DNA of 32,482 bases from Pseudomonadota bacterium (GTDB lineage: Bacteria > Pseudomonadota > Gammaproteobacteria > Burkholderiales > UBA11063): positions 1 through 32,482 of the forward strand of contig JBDLTW010000127.1 in assembly GCA_039805605.1 (NCBI GenBank). Direction: 5' to 3'. Below, in pieces: positions 17,075-28,362 of the stretch; within the stretch, counting starts at the first letter, position 1; each line of letters starts with the position of its first letter. The translations under genes were made by a program, and so were the position numbers. Below the pieces are notes generated by a model. That model did no database searches, was not told the DNA's origin, and saw only the letters and a list, made by a program, of their open reading frames with translations.

Positions 17075-19501
17075 ATGATAATTAAAACTAAATTTAAACA
17101 ACAGCGTGGCTCAATTATTACTATTTTATTAGTATTAATTTTTAGTGTTATTGTTTTACTTGCTGGAGTGGTTGGGGTAACTATAATTACTGCTTACCCT
17201 AAATTACCTAGCATGGATGAATTATTAAACTATCAACCAAAATTACCTCTTCAGGTATATTCTAGTGATGGAGTATTATTGGGGCAGTTTGGTCAAGAGC
17301 ATCGTATTTATGTAACTTTCGATCAAACGCCTAAATTACTTGTCGATGCGATTTTATCGGCTGAAGATGAACGTTTTTATGAACATGGCGGTGTTGACTT
17401 TGTTGGGGTGGTCAGAGCAGCTTTAGGTAATATTGTATCTGGACATTTGCAATCAGGAGCTAGTACGATTACCATGCAAGTTGCACGTAATTTCTTTTTA
17501 ACTAAGCAAAAAACTTTCTCACGTAAATTTAATGAAGTATTATTAGCCTATAAAATTGAAAAATCATTAACCAAAAATCAAATTTTATCATTATATATTA
17601 ACCAAATTTATTTAGGACAACGTGCTTACGGTTTTGCTGAGGCATCTGAAACTTATTTTGGTAAACCTTTGGACAAGTTAACCATTGCTGAATATGCGGT
17701 TTTAGCTGGATTACCTAAAGCACCTTCAGCATATAATCCAGTGGTTAATCCTAAACGTTCTCATGAGCGAGAATTGTATGTTTTATCACGTATGTTAAAA
17801 CATGGTTATATTACACAAGATGAGTATCAACAGGCACTAAATCAACCAATTCACGTAATTCATGGTTCGCATAATGATCCAACTGATGCGGGAAGTTACA
17901 TTGCCGAAATGGTACGTCAATATTTGTATCCTACTTATGGTGATAGCATTTACACGGCTGGGTTTAAAGTTTATACAACAATAGATAGTAAAATGCAACA
18001 ACAGGCATATAATGCTTTACGCAAAGGATTGCTAAATTATGATGCTTCAACTGGTTATCACGGTCCTGAGCAACGTTTAGATTTAACACCACCTAATTCG
18101 GATACAAACTTAGATCAAACAGCCTTGAATTTATTTGATAATTTAGTTGATTATGGTGATCTACAAGCTGCTATTGTTTTACAAGCTAGTCCTGATTTAA
18201 TTGAGGTGATTTTACGTAATGGTGAACATCATGAATTTACGGGTAAACAACTAACTTGGGTACGTAAATTTCTAAACAATAGCGATAAAGCAATTTTACC
18301 TGGTTCAGTAATTAGGGTACATCAAGTTAACGAAAAATGGCAAATTAGTCAATTACCACAGGTTCAGGGTGCTTTAGTTGCGATGAGCCCTAATAATGGT
18401 GCGATAAAAGCATTAATGGGTGGTTTTGATTTTGATGCGAATAGTTTCAATCATGTGATGCAAGCTAATCGTCAACCAGGTTCAAGTTTTAAACCATTTA
18501 TTTATTCAGCCTCCTTAGATAAGGGATTTACTACGGAAACAATTATTGATGATAGTCCAGCATGTTTTCCTAGTGGTAATGATCAATGGTGTCCAAAAAA
18601 TGATGATGGGCAGTTTTTGGGACCAATTTCACTTCGTCAAGGTTTAACTTTATCAAGAAATTTAATTACAGTGAAGTTACTTAATGCGATTAGTCCACAA
18701 TATGCAATTAATTATGTTAGCAAATTTGGTTTTTCAGAATCACAATTTCAACCTTATTTAACCATGGCATTAGGTGCTAATGAAGTAACACCTATTCAAA
18801 TGGCTCAGGCTTATGGTGTGTTTGCTAATGGAGGTTATTTAGTTGAACCTTATTTTATTGATCGTATAACGGATAATAAAGGTAAACTTTTAGCAAAAAC
18901 GCAACCTATTCAAGCACATCAACAAACTCCAGCAATTGATCCACGTAATGCGTTCATTATGAATAGTATTTTACAAGATGTGGCAAAATATGGTACAGGA
19001 GCTCGAGCTTGGAAAGAATTGCATCGGAGTGATATTGCAGGAAAAACTGGAACAACTAATGATGCCAAAGATGTTTGGTTTGACGGATATACTCCAGAAT
19101 TAGTAACTATTACTTGGGTTGGATATGATCAACCTAAAAGTTTAGGTCGTCAGTATGGTTCAACATTAGCCTTGCCGATTTGGATTGACTTTATGCGTGG
19201 GGCTCTAGCGCATATTCCACAACGCAATTTAGCGATGCCAGAAGGTATTATTAGTGAACCTAATGGTACATGGAAAGGTGATACCGAATATTATTATCAA
19301 GGTAGCGTAGTTGGTAAACAAGATGCCTCTGGGAGTTTAGCTACAGATGAAAGTTATCCAGATTTAACTACGAATAATAATGACTCTAGTGTTCCTATTG
19401 TTAATAATAATGAAGCTAATCAAGATGCTTCTGATGCCGTAGTTGCTAAATCTGGCAAAAATATTGACATTAATGATATAATCGGGAGTATTCACGATTA
19501 A
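17075..19501 (+). CDS. mrcA: Penicillin-binding protein 1A (transglycosylase/transpeptidase)
   Basis: [27 protein letters not shown], SxxK (SSFK), SRN, KTG; ATG 17075 preferred over the GTG at 17042 that overlaps guaA. Confidence 0.95.
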   Translation: MIIKTKFKQQRGSIITILLVLIFSVIVLLAGVVGVTIITAYPKLPSMDELLNYQPKLPLQVYSSDGVLLGQFGQEHRIYVTFDQTPKLLVDAILSAEDERFYEHGGVDFVGVVRAALGNIVSGHLQSGASTITMQVARNFFLTKQKTFSRKFNEVLLAYKIEKSLTKNQILSLYINQIYLGQRAYGFAEASETYFGKPLDKLTIAEYAVLAGLPKAPSAYNPVVNPKRSHERELYVLSRMLKHGYITQDEYQQALNQPIHVIHGSHNDPTDAGSYIAEMVRQYLYPTYGDSIYTAGFKVYTTIDSKMQQQAYNALRKGLLNYDASTGYHGPEQRLDLTPPNSDTNLDQTALNLFDNLVDYGDLQAAIVLQASPDLIEVILRNGEHHEFTGKQLTWVRKFLNNSDKAILPGSVIRVHQVNEKWQISQLPQVQGALVAMSPNNGAIKALMGGFDFDANSFNHVMQANRQPGSSFKPFIYSASLDKGFTTETIIDDSPACFPSGNDQWCPKNDDGQFLGPISLRQGLTLSRNLITVKLLNAISPQYAINYVSKFGFSESQFQPYLTMALGANEVTPIQMAQAYGVFANGGYLVEPYFIDRITDNKGKLLAKTQPIQAHQQTPAIDPRNAFIMNSILQDVAKYGTGARAWKELHRSDIAGKTGTTNDAKDVWFDGYTPELVTITWVGYDQPKSLGRQYGSTLALPIWIDFMRGALAHIPQRNLAMPEGIISEPNGTWKGDTEYYYQGSVVGKQDASGSLATDESYPDLTTNNNDSSVPIVNNNEANQDASDAVVAKSGKNIDINDIIGSIHD

Positions 19502-19541
19502 TTGTATATTTTTTAAAATTGATTTTTTTAAGGAGTTTCCA

Positions 19542-20186
19542 TTGAAACATTATCCACACCCACAATTTGCTAAAGAAGGTTGGTCATTTATTGCTATTAG
19601 TGTTGGGGTCGCATTATTAATGATGTGGCTGACCAATTTCATTGTTGCCTTGCCATTCATTTTGATTGCTGCATTTGTTATTCAATTCTTTCGTGATCCT
19701 GCGCGGGTAATTCCTCAAGATGCTGGAGTTATTTTAGCACCTGCTGATGGTAAAGTTATTTGTGTAGAAAAATCTTTTGATGAATATCAACAAGTTGAAG
19801 CATTAAAAATTAGTATTTTTATGAATGTATTTAATGTGCATTCAAATCGTTCTCCAGTTGATGGTGAAGTATTAGAAGTTAAATATTTCCCTGGCAAATT
19901 TATTAATGCTGATTTTGATAAGGCTTCAACAGAAAATGAACGTAATGCGGTAATTGTAAAATTAGACAATGGTCATAAAATTACTTTTGTTCAGGTTGCG
20001 GGATTAGTTGCTCGACGCATTTTATGCTACACTAAACCTGGTCAATGGTTAACTCGTGGTGAACGTTACGGTTTTATTCGTTTTGGTTCACGGGTTGATG
20101 TCTATTTACCTATAGATGCAAAACCTTTAGTTAGCTTGGGGCAAAAAGTACAAGCAACTGAAACAATTATTGCAAGAATGGATTAG
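19542..20186 (+). CDS. psd: Phosphatidylserine decarboxylase proenzyme, short type
   Basis: [35 protein letters not shown], self-cleavage motif RFGSRVD; TTG start after AAGGAG. Confidence 0.95.
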   Translation: MKHYPHPQFAKEGWSFIAISVGVALLMMWLTNFIVALPFILIAAFVIQFFRDPARVIPQDAGVILAPADGKVICVEKSFDEYQQVEALKISIFMNVFNVHSNRSPVDGEVLEVKYFPGKFINADFDKASTENERNAVIVKLDNGHKITFVQVAGLVARRILCYTKPGQWLTRGERYGFIRFGSRVDVYLPIDAKPLVSLGQKVQATETIIARMD

Positions 20187-20191
20187 AAATA

Positions 20192-20962
20192 ATGGCACCA
20201 ATCAATAATCAGCGTGCTAAAGGTTCACCAATTTATTTATTACCTAGTATGATTACACTAAGTTCAATGTTTAGTGCATTTTATGCTATGATCCATTCAA
20301 TTGGTGGTGATTTTTATCATTCTGGTTTAGCAATTTTATTTGCAATGATTTTAGATAGTTTAGATGGTCGTGTGGCCCGAATGACTCACACCTCATCACC
20401 ATTTGGTGCCGAATTAGATAGCCTTGCAGATATGGTGGCATTTGGTGCCGCCCCTGCAATGATAGTTTTTAATTGGGGTTTGCATTACTTAGGTAAAATT
20501 GGCTGGTTAGTTGCATTTGTTTATTGTGCTTGTACAGGATTGCGTTTAGCTAGATTTAATGTTATGATTGATGTTGTTGATAAAAAATTTTTTCAAGGGA
20601 TGCCTTCACCATCAGCGGCTGCTTTAGTAGTAGGATATGTCTTTTTATGTAATGAATATCAAGCAAACTCGGCATTAATGTTATATACTGGTTTAATTAT
20701 AACTTTAATTGCGGGAATTTCAATGGTAAGTAATATTAAATTCTACAGTTTTAAAGAGTTTCATTTTCATCAAACTGCACCATTTCGTGCTCTATTATTA
20801 TTTCTAGCTTTATTAGTTTTGTTATTTTACTATCCAGAACAAGTTTTTTATGGATTTTTTGTGTTATATACTACAATTAGTTATATTTGTTGGCTATTTA
20901 GAATTGGTTATAAATCATCTGTAGCAACATTAACAACTAATGAGCTGAATAATCAGGAATAG
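20192..20962 (+). CDS. pssA: CDP-diacylglycerol-serine O-phosphatidyltransferase (type II, membrane)
   Basis: CDP-alcohol phosphotransferase motif DSLDGRVAR...FGAELDSLAD; RLARFN; FQGMPSP; follows psd. Confidence 0.95.
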   Translation: MAPINNQRAKGSPIYLLPSMITLSSMFSAFYAMIHSIGGDFYHSGLAILFAMILDSLDGRVARMTHTSSPFGAELDSLADMVAFGAAPAMIVFNWGLHYLGKIGWLVAFVYCACTGLRLARFNVMIDVVDKKFFQGMPSPSAAALVVGYVFLCNEYQANSALMLYTGLIITLIAGISMVSNIKFYSFKEFHFHQTAPFRALLLFLALLVLLFYYPEQVFYGFFVLYTTISYICWLFRIGYKSSVATLTTNELNNQE

Positions 20963-20970
20963 GAAAATTA

Positions 20971-22119
20971 ATGTATAAAAAATTATCTGCCGAGCGTAAA
21001 CAGCAATTAAATTTAGCTAAAATCGACTATAATACTACGTCTAAAGTACTTAAACTAAGTGGTGAATGGACATGGTCTTGTTTTGATGAGAAACTACTAA
21101 CTGTTAAACTAAGTAATGTTCAACAGCAATCTTTAATCATTGATGGTACTAATATTCAAGGTTTAGACACTACAGGAATATTTTTTTTACATAAATTATT
21201 GGCGGTATTAAAGCAACAGGGTAATCAAATTGCAAAACTTGATTTACATCCTGATGATCAAAAACTATTTTCTCTTAGTGAGAAATTTAGCCAAGTAAAA
21301 CCAAGTAATATTAATTTAGAGCATAAAACTTGGGTGGAAGAAATTTATCAGGTAATTGCAAATAGTGCAAAAACTAGTTATCAATTAGTTACTTTTTTTG
21401 GTCAACTTTGTTATACTTTTATCAGTTTATTCAAACGTAATAATTCAATCTATATGCAGGGGGTTCTTGAAACTATTTCACGAGCTGGTATAGGTGGTAT
21501 TCTTATTTGTGCAATGCTAAGTTTTCTGTTAGGGGTTAACTTAACTTATCAGATGGCACCTCAATTTGTTACTTATGGTGCAAATGTGTATGTAGTAAAT
21601 TTTTTAGGCATAGCAATGCTTCGTGAAGTCACACCATTAATTACGGCAATTATTGTTGCGGGAAGGACAGGATCAGCAATTGCTGCTTCAATTGGTACAA
21701 TGAAGGTTCAAGAAGAAATTGATGCTTTACAAACTATGGGTATCTCACCAATGCGACGTTTGGTTGCACCACAAGTTATAGGTTTGGTAATTGCTTTGCC
21801 AATTTTAACTATGTTAGCTGATGTTGCCAGTATGTTGGGTGGAATGCTGTTTGCTAAGCCATTATTAAGTGTTGATTGGCATTTGTTTTTATTGCGATTA
21901 CAAACTTATGTATCAATTAATAATTTTTGGGTGGGGATTATCAAAAGCTTTTTCTTTGCTTGGGTAATAGGCATGGTTGGTAGTTTTTGTGGTTTTAAAG
22001 TTAAATCTAATGCTGATAGCATTGGGGTACAAACTACTCGTAGTGTAGTAATTTCAATTTGTTTAATTGTTGTCGTAGATGCTTTATTTGCGATTTTATT
22101 TAAAGCACTGGGGGTTTAA
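20971..22119 (+). CDS. MlaE-family ABC permease with N-terminal STAS-like domain
   Basis: LREVTPLITAIIVAGRTGSAIAASIGTMKVQEEIDALQTMG; N-terminal LSGEW...LDTTG. Confidence 0.9.
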   Translation: MYKKLSAERKQQLNLAKIDYNTTSKVLKLSGEWTWSCFDEKLLTVKLSNVQQQSLIIDGTNIQGLDTTGIFFLHKLLAVLKQQGNQIAKLDLHPDDQKLFSLSEKFSQVKPSNINLEHKTWVEEIYQVIANSAKTSYQLVTFFGQLCYTFISLFKRNNSIYMQGVLETISRAGIGGILICAMLSFLLGVNLTYQMAPQFVTYGANVYVVNFLGIAMLREVTPLITAIIVAGRTGSAIAASIGTMKVQEEIDALQTMGISPMRRLVAPQVIGLVIALPILTMLADVASMLGGMLFAKPLLSVDWHLFLLRLQTYVSINNFWVGIIKSFFFAWVIGMVGSFCGFKVKSNADSIGVQTTRSVVISICLIVVVDALFAILFKALGV

Positions 22120-22920
22120 ATGCGTATAGATAAACAACAACCCATTATTGAAATTAAAAATCTTGGCACCCAATTCAATGGTGAATGGATACACAAAGGA
22201 CTTAATTTAACTATTTATCCAGAGCGTACTTTGACTATTATTGGAGCAAGTGGTTGTGGCAAGACGACATTGATTCGAGAGATTTTAATGTTGCAGGCAA
22301 TTAGCGAAGGTGAAATCTATTTGATGGGAGAAAAAATTTCAAGCTATGATTTAGAAGATCCCGAGACAAAACGAGCACTAAGTCAGATGGGTATGATGTT
22401 TCAGCAAGGAGCATTATATAATTCTTATACAGTACTGGAGAATGTTATGTTTCCAATATTAGAGTATACTGATTTTTCATATGCTACTGCTCGAGAATTA
22501 GCTTATCAAAAATTAGCTTTAACTGGGTTAAAAGAAGTTGCGTATCATAAATTTCCTAAACAGATTAGTCCGGGTATGCAAAAACGAGTAGCATTAGCAC
22601 GAACTCTAGCGTTAGATCCTAAAGTCTTATTTTTAGATGAACCAACTGCAGGTTTAGATCCAAATAGTGCCGCAATGTTTGATAGTTTAATGATTAATTT
22701 ACAACAACAATTAGGATTGACTGTAATTATGATTACCCATGATTTGGATTCAATTTGGCGTATGAGTCATGAAATTGTTTATCTAAGTAATAAGCATGTT
22801 ACATTACACGATACAGTTCTTAATGCAGCTAATCGTCCTGATTTACCCGATTTATATCAATATTTTAATGGTGAACGAGGTAAAATTGCTAAAGCTTATT
22901 ATTCACAACAAGAAAGGTAA
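22120..22920 (+). CDS. MlaF/Mkl-family ABC ATPase
   Basis: Walker A GASGCGKT, Q-loop FQQGAL, signature ISPGM, Walker B LFLDEPTAGLDP, H-loop ITHD. Confidence 0.9.
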   Translation: MRIDKQQPIIEIKNLGTQFNGEWIHKGLNLTIYPERTLTIIGASGCGKTTLIREILMLQAISEGEIYLMGEKISSYDLEDPETKRALSQMGMMFQQGALYNSYTVLENVMFPILEYTDFSYATARELAYQKLALTGLKEVAYHKFPKQISPGMQKRVALARTLALDPKVLFLDEPTAGLDPNSAAMFDSLMINLQQQLGLTVIMITHDLDSIWRMSHEIVYLSNKHVTLHDTVLNAANRPDLPDLYQYFNGERGKIAKAYYSQQER

Positions 22921-22925
22921 GAATA

Positions 22926-23834
22926 ATGGAAAATAAAAAACAATATTTTATTGTTGGTAGTTTTGTATTACTAGGAATTGGTGCAATTATTGCAATCTTA
23001 TTATGGTTTTCAGCATCTAGTCGTAAAGAATATGATATTTACCGAGTAGTATTTACTGAACCAGTAGATGGAGTAACCACGAGTTCAGTAATTAAATACA
23101 ATGGTGTTGAAGTAGGTAAAGTACAAGCAATTAGCTTAGATAATAAGGATCCACGTAATGTCTATGTTGACATTGCGGTTAATCATGGTTTAAATATCAC
23201 TACCGCAACTTATGCAACGCTTAAAGCCCAAGGCGTGACGGGAATGTCTTATGTAGCATTAAATTTAAATCCTGAGCGTAAAACTTTTACCACATTGGCA
23301 ACGCATAATACTCCACCTTATCCCATAATTCCAGCGGAGCCATCATTACTATATAGTTTATCTTCACAAGCTCAAAGTGTAGCAACTAATATTCATGATG
23401 TATCAGGGCAAGTTAAGGTATTATTAAATGAGCAAAATTTACAACATATGACTAATATTATTAAGAATATGGATCAAGTAACAGGAGCTGTTGCTAGTCA
23501 ATCAGGTTCAATTGCTAAATCGGTTGCAATGGTTAGTCAAGTTTTGCAAAATGTTAATGAAAATACTGCACATTTAAATGATGCAATTGTACAGTTATCT
23601 GAATTATCTAAAGCATTACAAAAAAATAGTCAAAGTTTTGATGGCTTATTAAATTCAGTACAAAATAATACATTACGTAATGTTAATACTATTTTATTAC
23701 CCAATATTAATCAAGTGGTTACCAATATGAATAATGTAACTTTACAATTTAATGAGTTAGTTAAATTAATTAATCAAAATCCATCAGCATTAGTGCGTGG
23801 TAAAGCTGCACCAGTTGCAGGTCCAGGGGAGTAA
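22926..23834 (+). CDS. MCE/MlaD-domain protein with long helical C-terminus
   Basis: N-terminal TM (VGSFV), YNGVEVGKV, QGVTG, N/Q-rich heptad-like tail ending NPSALVRG. Confidence 0.88.
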   Translation: MENKKQYFIVGSFVLLGIGAIIAILLWFSASSRKEYDIYRVVFTEPVDGVTTSSVIKYNGVEVGKVQAISLDNKDPRNVYVDIAVNHGLNITTATYATLKAQGVTGMSYVALNLNPERKTFTTLATHNTPPYPIIPAEPSLLYSLSSQAQSVATNIHDVSGQVKVLLNEQNLQHMTNIIKNMDQVTGAVASQSGSIAKSVAMVSQVLQNVNENTAHLNDAIVQLSELSKALQKNSQSFDGLLNSVQNNTLRNVNTILLPNINQVVTNMNNVTLQFNELVKLINQNPSALVRGKAAPVAGPGE

Positions 23835-23838
23835 GGAA

Positions 23839-24477
23839 ATGTTTAAACAATTATTAAGATTAAGTGGCGTATTGATTTTAGGAATTAACCTAAGTAGTTG
23901 TAGTATTTTTGAACCTGTAAAAATTCGTCCAATTACCAATTATATTATTGCAGATAAAAATATAGGTTCGAGTTCAACAAAAAATAATTGTAGTGCAGAT
24001 GCTAAATTAGGGATTATTTATGTTTCACCAACTAGGGCGTTTCAGCCATATAATTTGAGTAAGCTTTATTATACTGAAAGCGATTTCCAAATTAATAGTT
24101 TTGGTTATAGCCAATGGATTAGTGAACCTACTGAATTAATCACTCAAGAAATTATCAAAAATATTTCCGCATCGTGTATGTTTAAAAATGTAGTAACCAG
24201 TAATGCTTTAGCTAATGCTAAATATCGCTTGGTCACTGTTTTAGTATTAATGCGTCAGGAAATTAATCCTACAGAACATAACAAAGTTCAAGCGCATATG
24301 ATTTTAGCAACTCAGTTAATTAATATTGATAGCAATCAGGTTATTGCCACCAAAGTATTTGATCAGGTAACGCCAACTACAACGGGACCAAAAGGGTTAG
24401 TTGATGGAGTAAACTCGATGTTTAGTCAATATAATCAACAATTGCTTACATGGCTACAACAACAACTTAGTGCTTAG
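23839..24477 (+). CDS. ABC auxiliary outer-membrane lipoprotein (PqiC/ABC_trans_aux-like)
   Basis: ATG 23839 after AAGGA; lipobox LSSC; YSQWISEP motif; last gene of the MCE cassette. Confidence 0.8.
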   Translation: MFKQLLRLSGVLILGINLSSCSIFEPVKIRPITNYIIADKNIGSSSTKNNCSADAKLGIIYVSPTRAFQPYNLSKLYYTESDFQINSFGYSQWISEPTELITQEIIKNISASCMFKNVVTSNALANAKYRLVTVLVLMRQEINPTEHNKVQAHMILATQLINIDSNQVIATKVFDQVTPTTTGPKGLVDGVNSMFSQYNQQLLTWLQQQLSA

Positions 24478-24491
24478 GATTTAACTAAACA

Positions 24492-27400
24492 ATGGATTTA
24501 ACTGCTTTAATTACGCAAATTAAACAGACGCATTCTAATTATACTGATTATTGGTTGCGTAATTTAGCTAAGCTAAAATCACGCCCACAACAATTAGCTA
24601 AATTAGTTACTAAAATTGAAAATGAGTTAACTAATTTAGCTTTACGTCGTGATTTATTAACTAATTTAACAATTAGTTACCCCAATAATTTACCAGTTGC
24701 TCAGGCTTTAACAGAGATTGAACAACTAATTAAAGATAATCAAATAGTAATAGTTTGTGGCGAAACTGGATCTGGGAAAACTACGCAGTTACCCAAATTA
24801 CTACTAGCCATGGGTTATGGTATAACAGGATTAATCGGTCATACTCAACCACGCCGAATTGCGGCGCATTCATTAACTCGTCGAATTGCTGAAGAATTAA
24901 ATTGTGATAATAATCTGCATAATTTAGTGGCTTGCAAAATGCGTTTTCATGATCGAACTTCGCCAAGTACTGCCTTAAAACTAATGACAGATGGGGTTTT
25001 ATTACAAGAAATTCGTCATGATCGTTTACTTTTGCGTTATAGTGCTTTAATTATTGATGAAGTCCATGAACGTAGTTTAAATATTGATTTTTTATTAGGT
25101 TATTTACGCCAATTGATGGTAAAACGTCCTGACTTAAAAATTATTATTACCTCAGCGACTATGGAGAATGACAAATTAGCTAAATTTTTTGCCAATGCAC
25201 CAATTATTAATGTTAGTGGTAAAACTTATCCTGTAGATATTATTTATCAACCATTATCTACGGATGAGGAACTTAATCTTAATCAACAGATTTATCAAGC
25301 GATTAGTAGTGCATTAAGTGTTGAACAAGGTAATGGTTTAGTTTTTTTACCTGGCGAACGTGAGATTAAATATTGCTTACAATATTTACGTAAAACTGAA
25401 TTACGTAGATATAACTTATTAGCTTTATTTTCACGCCAAAATAATGAAGAACAAAGTAAAATTTTTGCGAATGATGGTCAATTAAAAATTATTTTAGCTA
25501 CTAATATCGCAGAAACTTCATTAACTATTCCTAATATTAAATTTGTTATAGATAGTGGTTTGGCTCGAGTGAAACGTTATAGTTTACGTAATCGAGTAGA
25601 ACAATTACAGATTGAGCCGATTAGCCAAGCTTCATGTGCCCAACGTAGTGGTCGAGCTGGACGTCAAAGTCATGGTTTAAGTATTCGTTTATTTAGTGAA
25701 CAAGATTTTTTATTACGTCCACAATTTACTCAGCCAGAAATATTAAGAAGTAATTTAGCAAATGTGATTTTACGTCTTTTAGATTTAGAATTAGGTGATC
25801 CAACTCAATTTAATTTTCTTGACCAACCTGAAACCAAAGCATTTAATGATGGATTACGTACTTTATTTCAACTTGGAGCTATTGATCAACAGCAGAAAAT
25901 AACTGGATTAGGGCGTAAATTATCCCGCCTACCAATTGATGTGCAATTAGCCAGAATTATTATTGCTGGTGCTGAACAATTTGCTTGTTTACACGAAGTA
26001 TTAATTATTTGTAGTTTTCTGGCAATCCAAGATCCTCGGGATACTCCTCTAGAACATCAACAACTGGCTAAAGAACGCCATAGTATTTGGCAAGACAAAA
26101 AATCTGAATTTAATCAAATTTTAAATTTATGGACATGGTACCATCAACAGTTAGAGCATAAAAAATCAAACAAAAAACTACAAGAAATCTGTCATAAGCA
26201 ATTTGTTTCTTTAGTTAGATTAAAAGAATGGCATGAATTACACCGACAATTAAAAGAAAGTATAGCTTGTTTTAACTATCGTGAAAATAGTCAAGCAGCT
26301 AATTATACTAACTTACATAGTGCTTTATTAACTGGTTTTATTTTGAATATTGGTCAACGTGATTTAGTAGAAAATTATTATTTAAGCACAAATGCACGTA
26401 AATTTTATCTTCATCCTAGTTCAATAGTAGATAGTGCAAAATGGATGGTTAGTGCTAATTTAGTTGATACTTCACGCTTATATGCCCGAATAAATGCCCA
26501 AATTGAGCCAGATTGGTTAAACCAAATTGCTCAACATTTATATAAATATACTTATACTAATCAACATTGGGATAAAAAACGTGGTGAAGTAATTGCAACT
26601 AAATCTTCTCTACTATATGGCTTATTAATTAGCCAGAGTAAAGTTTCATATGCTCAGATTGATCAAGTTCTAGCTAGAGATATTTTTATAAAACAAGCAT
26701 TGGTGGCAATGGATCTACCAAGTAACTATAAATTTATTCAACATAATCAACAAGTAGTTTATCAATTAACTAAATTAGAGGACAAACTACGTACATCTTT
26801 AGCGATTATTGATGATGAATTATATAATTTTTATAGGCAAAATTTACCAGATAATGTATGTGATAATGTAAGTTTAACTCAATTTATTAATCAGTCACCA
26901 CCAAATGTGCTTAAATTAAATTTGGCTGATTTAATTCAACGTTTAAATAATTCTATTGAAGATTTAAGCTTATTTCCTGATCATATTCTTAATAATGGTG
27001 AACAAATACGTTTACACTATGTTTTTGATCATCTGCGTCAAGATGATGGTGTGACAGCAATAATTGATTTAGCGCAATTAGCATTATTAACGGAAGAACC
27101 ATTTGAGTGGTTAGTCGCGGGGATGATCCGTGAAAAAATAACTTGGTTAATCAAAAGTTTGCCTAAAACTTTACGTCTACAATTTAACCCTATTAATGAA
27201 AGTGTAACTCAATTTCTTGAATATGCAAATTCAAAATTATGTTTATTACAACAGTGGATTAAGTTTGCCAAAGAAATTAAGCAACTAGATTTAAACTATC
27301 TAGATTTAGTTAAAATTAAATTTCCTAAGCACTTATATTGTCATTTTCAAATTCGTCATCAGAAAAAGATCATGGCTCAAGGTGATGATTTAGCTGAAAT

Positions 27401-28337
27401 AAAGCAACAATTAGCACCATTAATTGATCAAATTTTACTTAAACAGACTAGTCAGCAACAAATTGATAATATTACTAGTTATATTCCTGAATTATCTAAT
27501 TTATTAACGCCAGTCCAAAATTTAACTATTGGCGGTTATTATAGTTTATTGTTAGCTTCTGATGGTTCTATTAGTTATGGGGTTATTGCTAATTTAGATG
27601 CGGCTAAAATTAACAGTAGCAAAGGTTTAATTGCTTTATTTAAATTGCAAATGTACGAGCAACAACGTTACTTAGAACAAAAGAAATTAGTTAATTTTGC
27701 TTCAATTAGTTTAAATCTACGCAATATTTATACTAATAATGATCTAATTCGTGATATTAAAAATTACGTATTAAATTGGGCAATTGCGCCATTAATTGAT
27801 TGGCAACTTCCATTAACTGAAACTTTATTTAAGCAGTGGCTAGTTCAGGCACGAGCTAGAACTAGTGAAGGAATACATTTGATTAATAATTTACTTACGT
27901 CAATTGCTCAATTATATGCTGAAATTAGATCACAATTAAATGCCCAGCATCCTTTACATGAGATAATTGAATTACAATTGGATGATTTAATTTATCCAAA
28001 TTTCCTGCGCAGTGTTAGGATTGAATATTTACAAAACTATCCACGCTATTTACAAGCAATTATCCTAAGATTAACTAAATATGCCAATTCGCCAATGCGC
28101 TTTGAGCAGTTAGAGGATGAAGTAAGTAATTTATATCAACAATGGTATGATTATGTTGATGAATTGGAATTATCCAAGCGCCAAGTTTTGACGCAACTTT
28201 ATGACTTCAAATATAAAATAGAAGAGTTACGTATTTCATTCTTTGCTCAAGAAATTAAAACATTATACCCCGTGTCAACTAAGCGTTTAGCTAAAGAGCT
28301 ACAGCAACTGTATTTACACAATCTACAACAGAATTAA
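24492..28337 (+). CDS. hrpA: ATP-dependent DEAH-box RNA helicase HrpA
   Basis: GETGSGKTTQLPK, HTQPRRIAA, DEVHERSLNIDF, SAT, ATNIAETSLT, QRSGRAGR, C-terminal EELRISFFAQ. Confidence 0.95.
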   Translation: MDLTALITQIKQTHSNYTDYWLRNLAKLKSRPQQLAKLVTKIENELTNLALRRDLLTNLTISYPNNLPVAQALTEIEQLIKDNQIVIVCGETGSGKTTQLPKLLLAMGYGITGLIGHTQPRRIAAHSLTRRIAEELNCDNNLHNLVACKMRFHDRTSPSTALKLMTDGVLLQEIRHDRLLLRYSALIIDEVHERSLNIDFLLGYLRQLMVKRPDLKIIITSATMENDKLAKFFANAPIINVSGKTYPVDIIYQPLSTDEELNLNQQIYQAISSALSVEQGNGLVFLPGEREIKYCLQYLRKTELRRYNLLALFSRQNNEEQSKIFANDGQLKIILATNIAETSLTIPNIKFVIDSGLARVKRYSLRNRVEQLQIEPISQASCAQRSGRAGRQSHGLSIRLFSEQDFLLRPQFTQPEILRSNLANVILRLLDLELGDPTQFNFLDQPETKAFNDGLRTLFQLGAIDQQQKITGLGRKLSRLPIDVQLARIIIAGAEQFACLHEVLIICSFLAIQDPRDTPLEHQQLAKERHSIWQDKKSEFNQILNLWTWYHQQLEHKKSNKKLQEICHKQFVSLVRLKEWHELHRQLKESIACFNYRENSQAANYTNLHSALLTGFILNIGQRDLVENYYLSTNARKFYLHPSSIVDSAKWMVSANLVDTSRLYARINAQIEPDWLNQIAQHLYKYTYTNQHWDKKRGEVIATKSSLLYGLLISQSKVSYAQIDQVLARDIFIKQALVAMDLPSNYKFIQHNQQVVYQLTKLEDKLRTSLAIIDDELYNFYRQNLPDNVCDNVSLTQFINQSPPNVLKLNLADLIQRLNNSIEDLSLFPDHILNNGEQIRLHYVFDHLRQDDGVTAIIDLAQLALLTEEPFEWLVAGMIREKITWLIKSLPKTLRLQFNPINESVTQFLEYANSKLCLLQQWIKFAKEIKQLDLNYLDLVKIKFPKHLYCHFQIRHQKKIMAQGDDLAEIKQQLAPLIDQILLKQTSQQQIDNITSYIPELSNLLTPVQNLTIGGYYSLLLASDGSISYGVIANLDAAKINSSKGLIALFKLQMYEQQRYLEQKKLVNFASISLNLRNIYTNNDLIRDIKNYVLNWAIAPLIDWQLPLTETLFKQWLVQARARTSEGIHLINNLLTSIAQLYAEIRSQLNAQHPLHEIIELQLDDLIYPNFLRSVRIEYLQNYPRYLQAIILRLTKYANSPMRFEQLEDEVSNLYQQWYDYVDELELSKRQVLTQLYDFKYKIEELRISFFAQEIKTLYPVSTKRLAKELQQLYLHNLQQN

Positions 28338-28362
28338 TTAGTTAAATTAAGGAGTTTCAATT

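Noticed and set aside
7350-19558. DnaA boxes at 7350-7358 and 19550-19558 and the gene strand switch near 9.5 kb as a possible oriC
   Set aside because: Boxes are single and intragenic; no cluster and no dnaA/mnmG context; skew not measurable by eye
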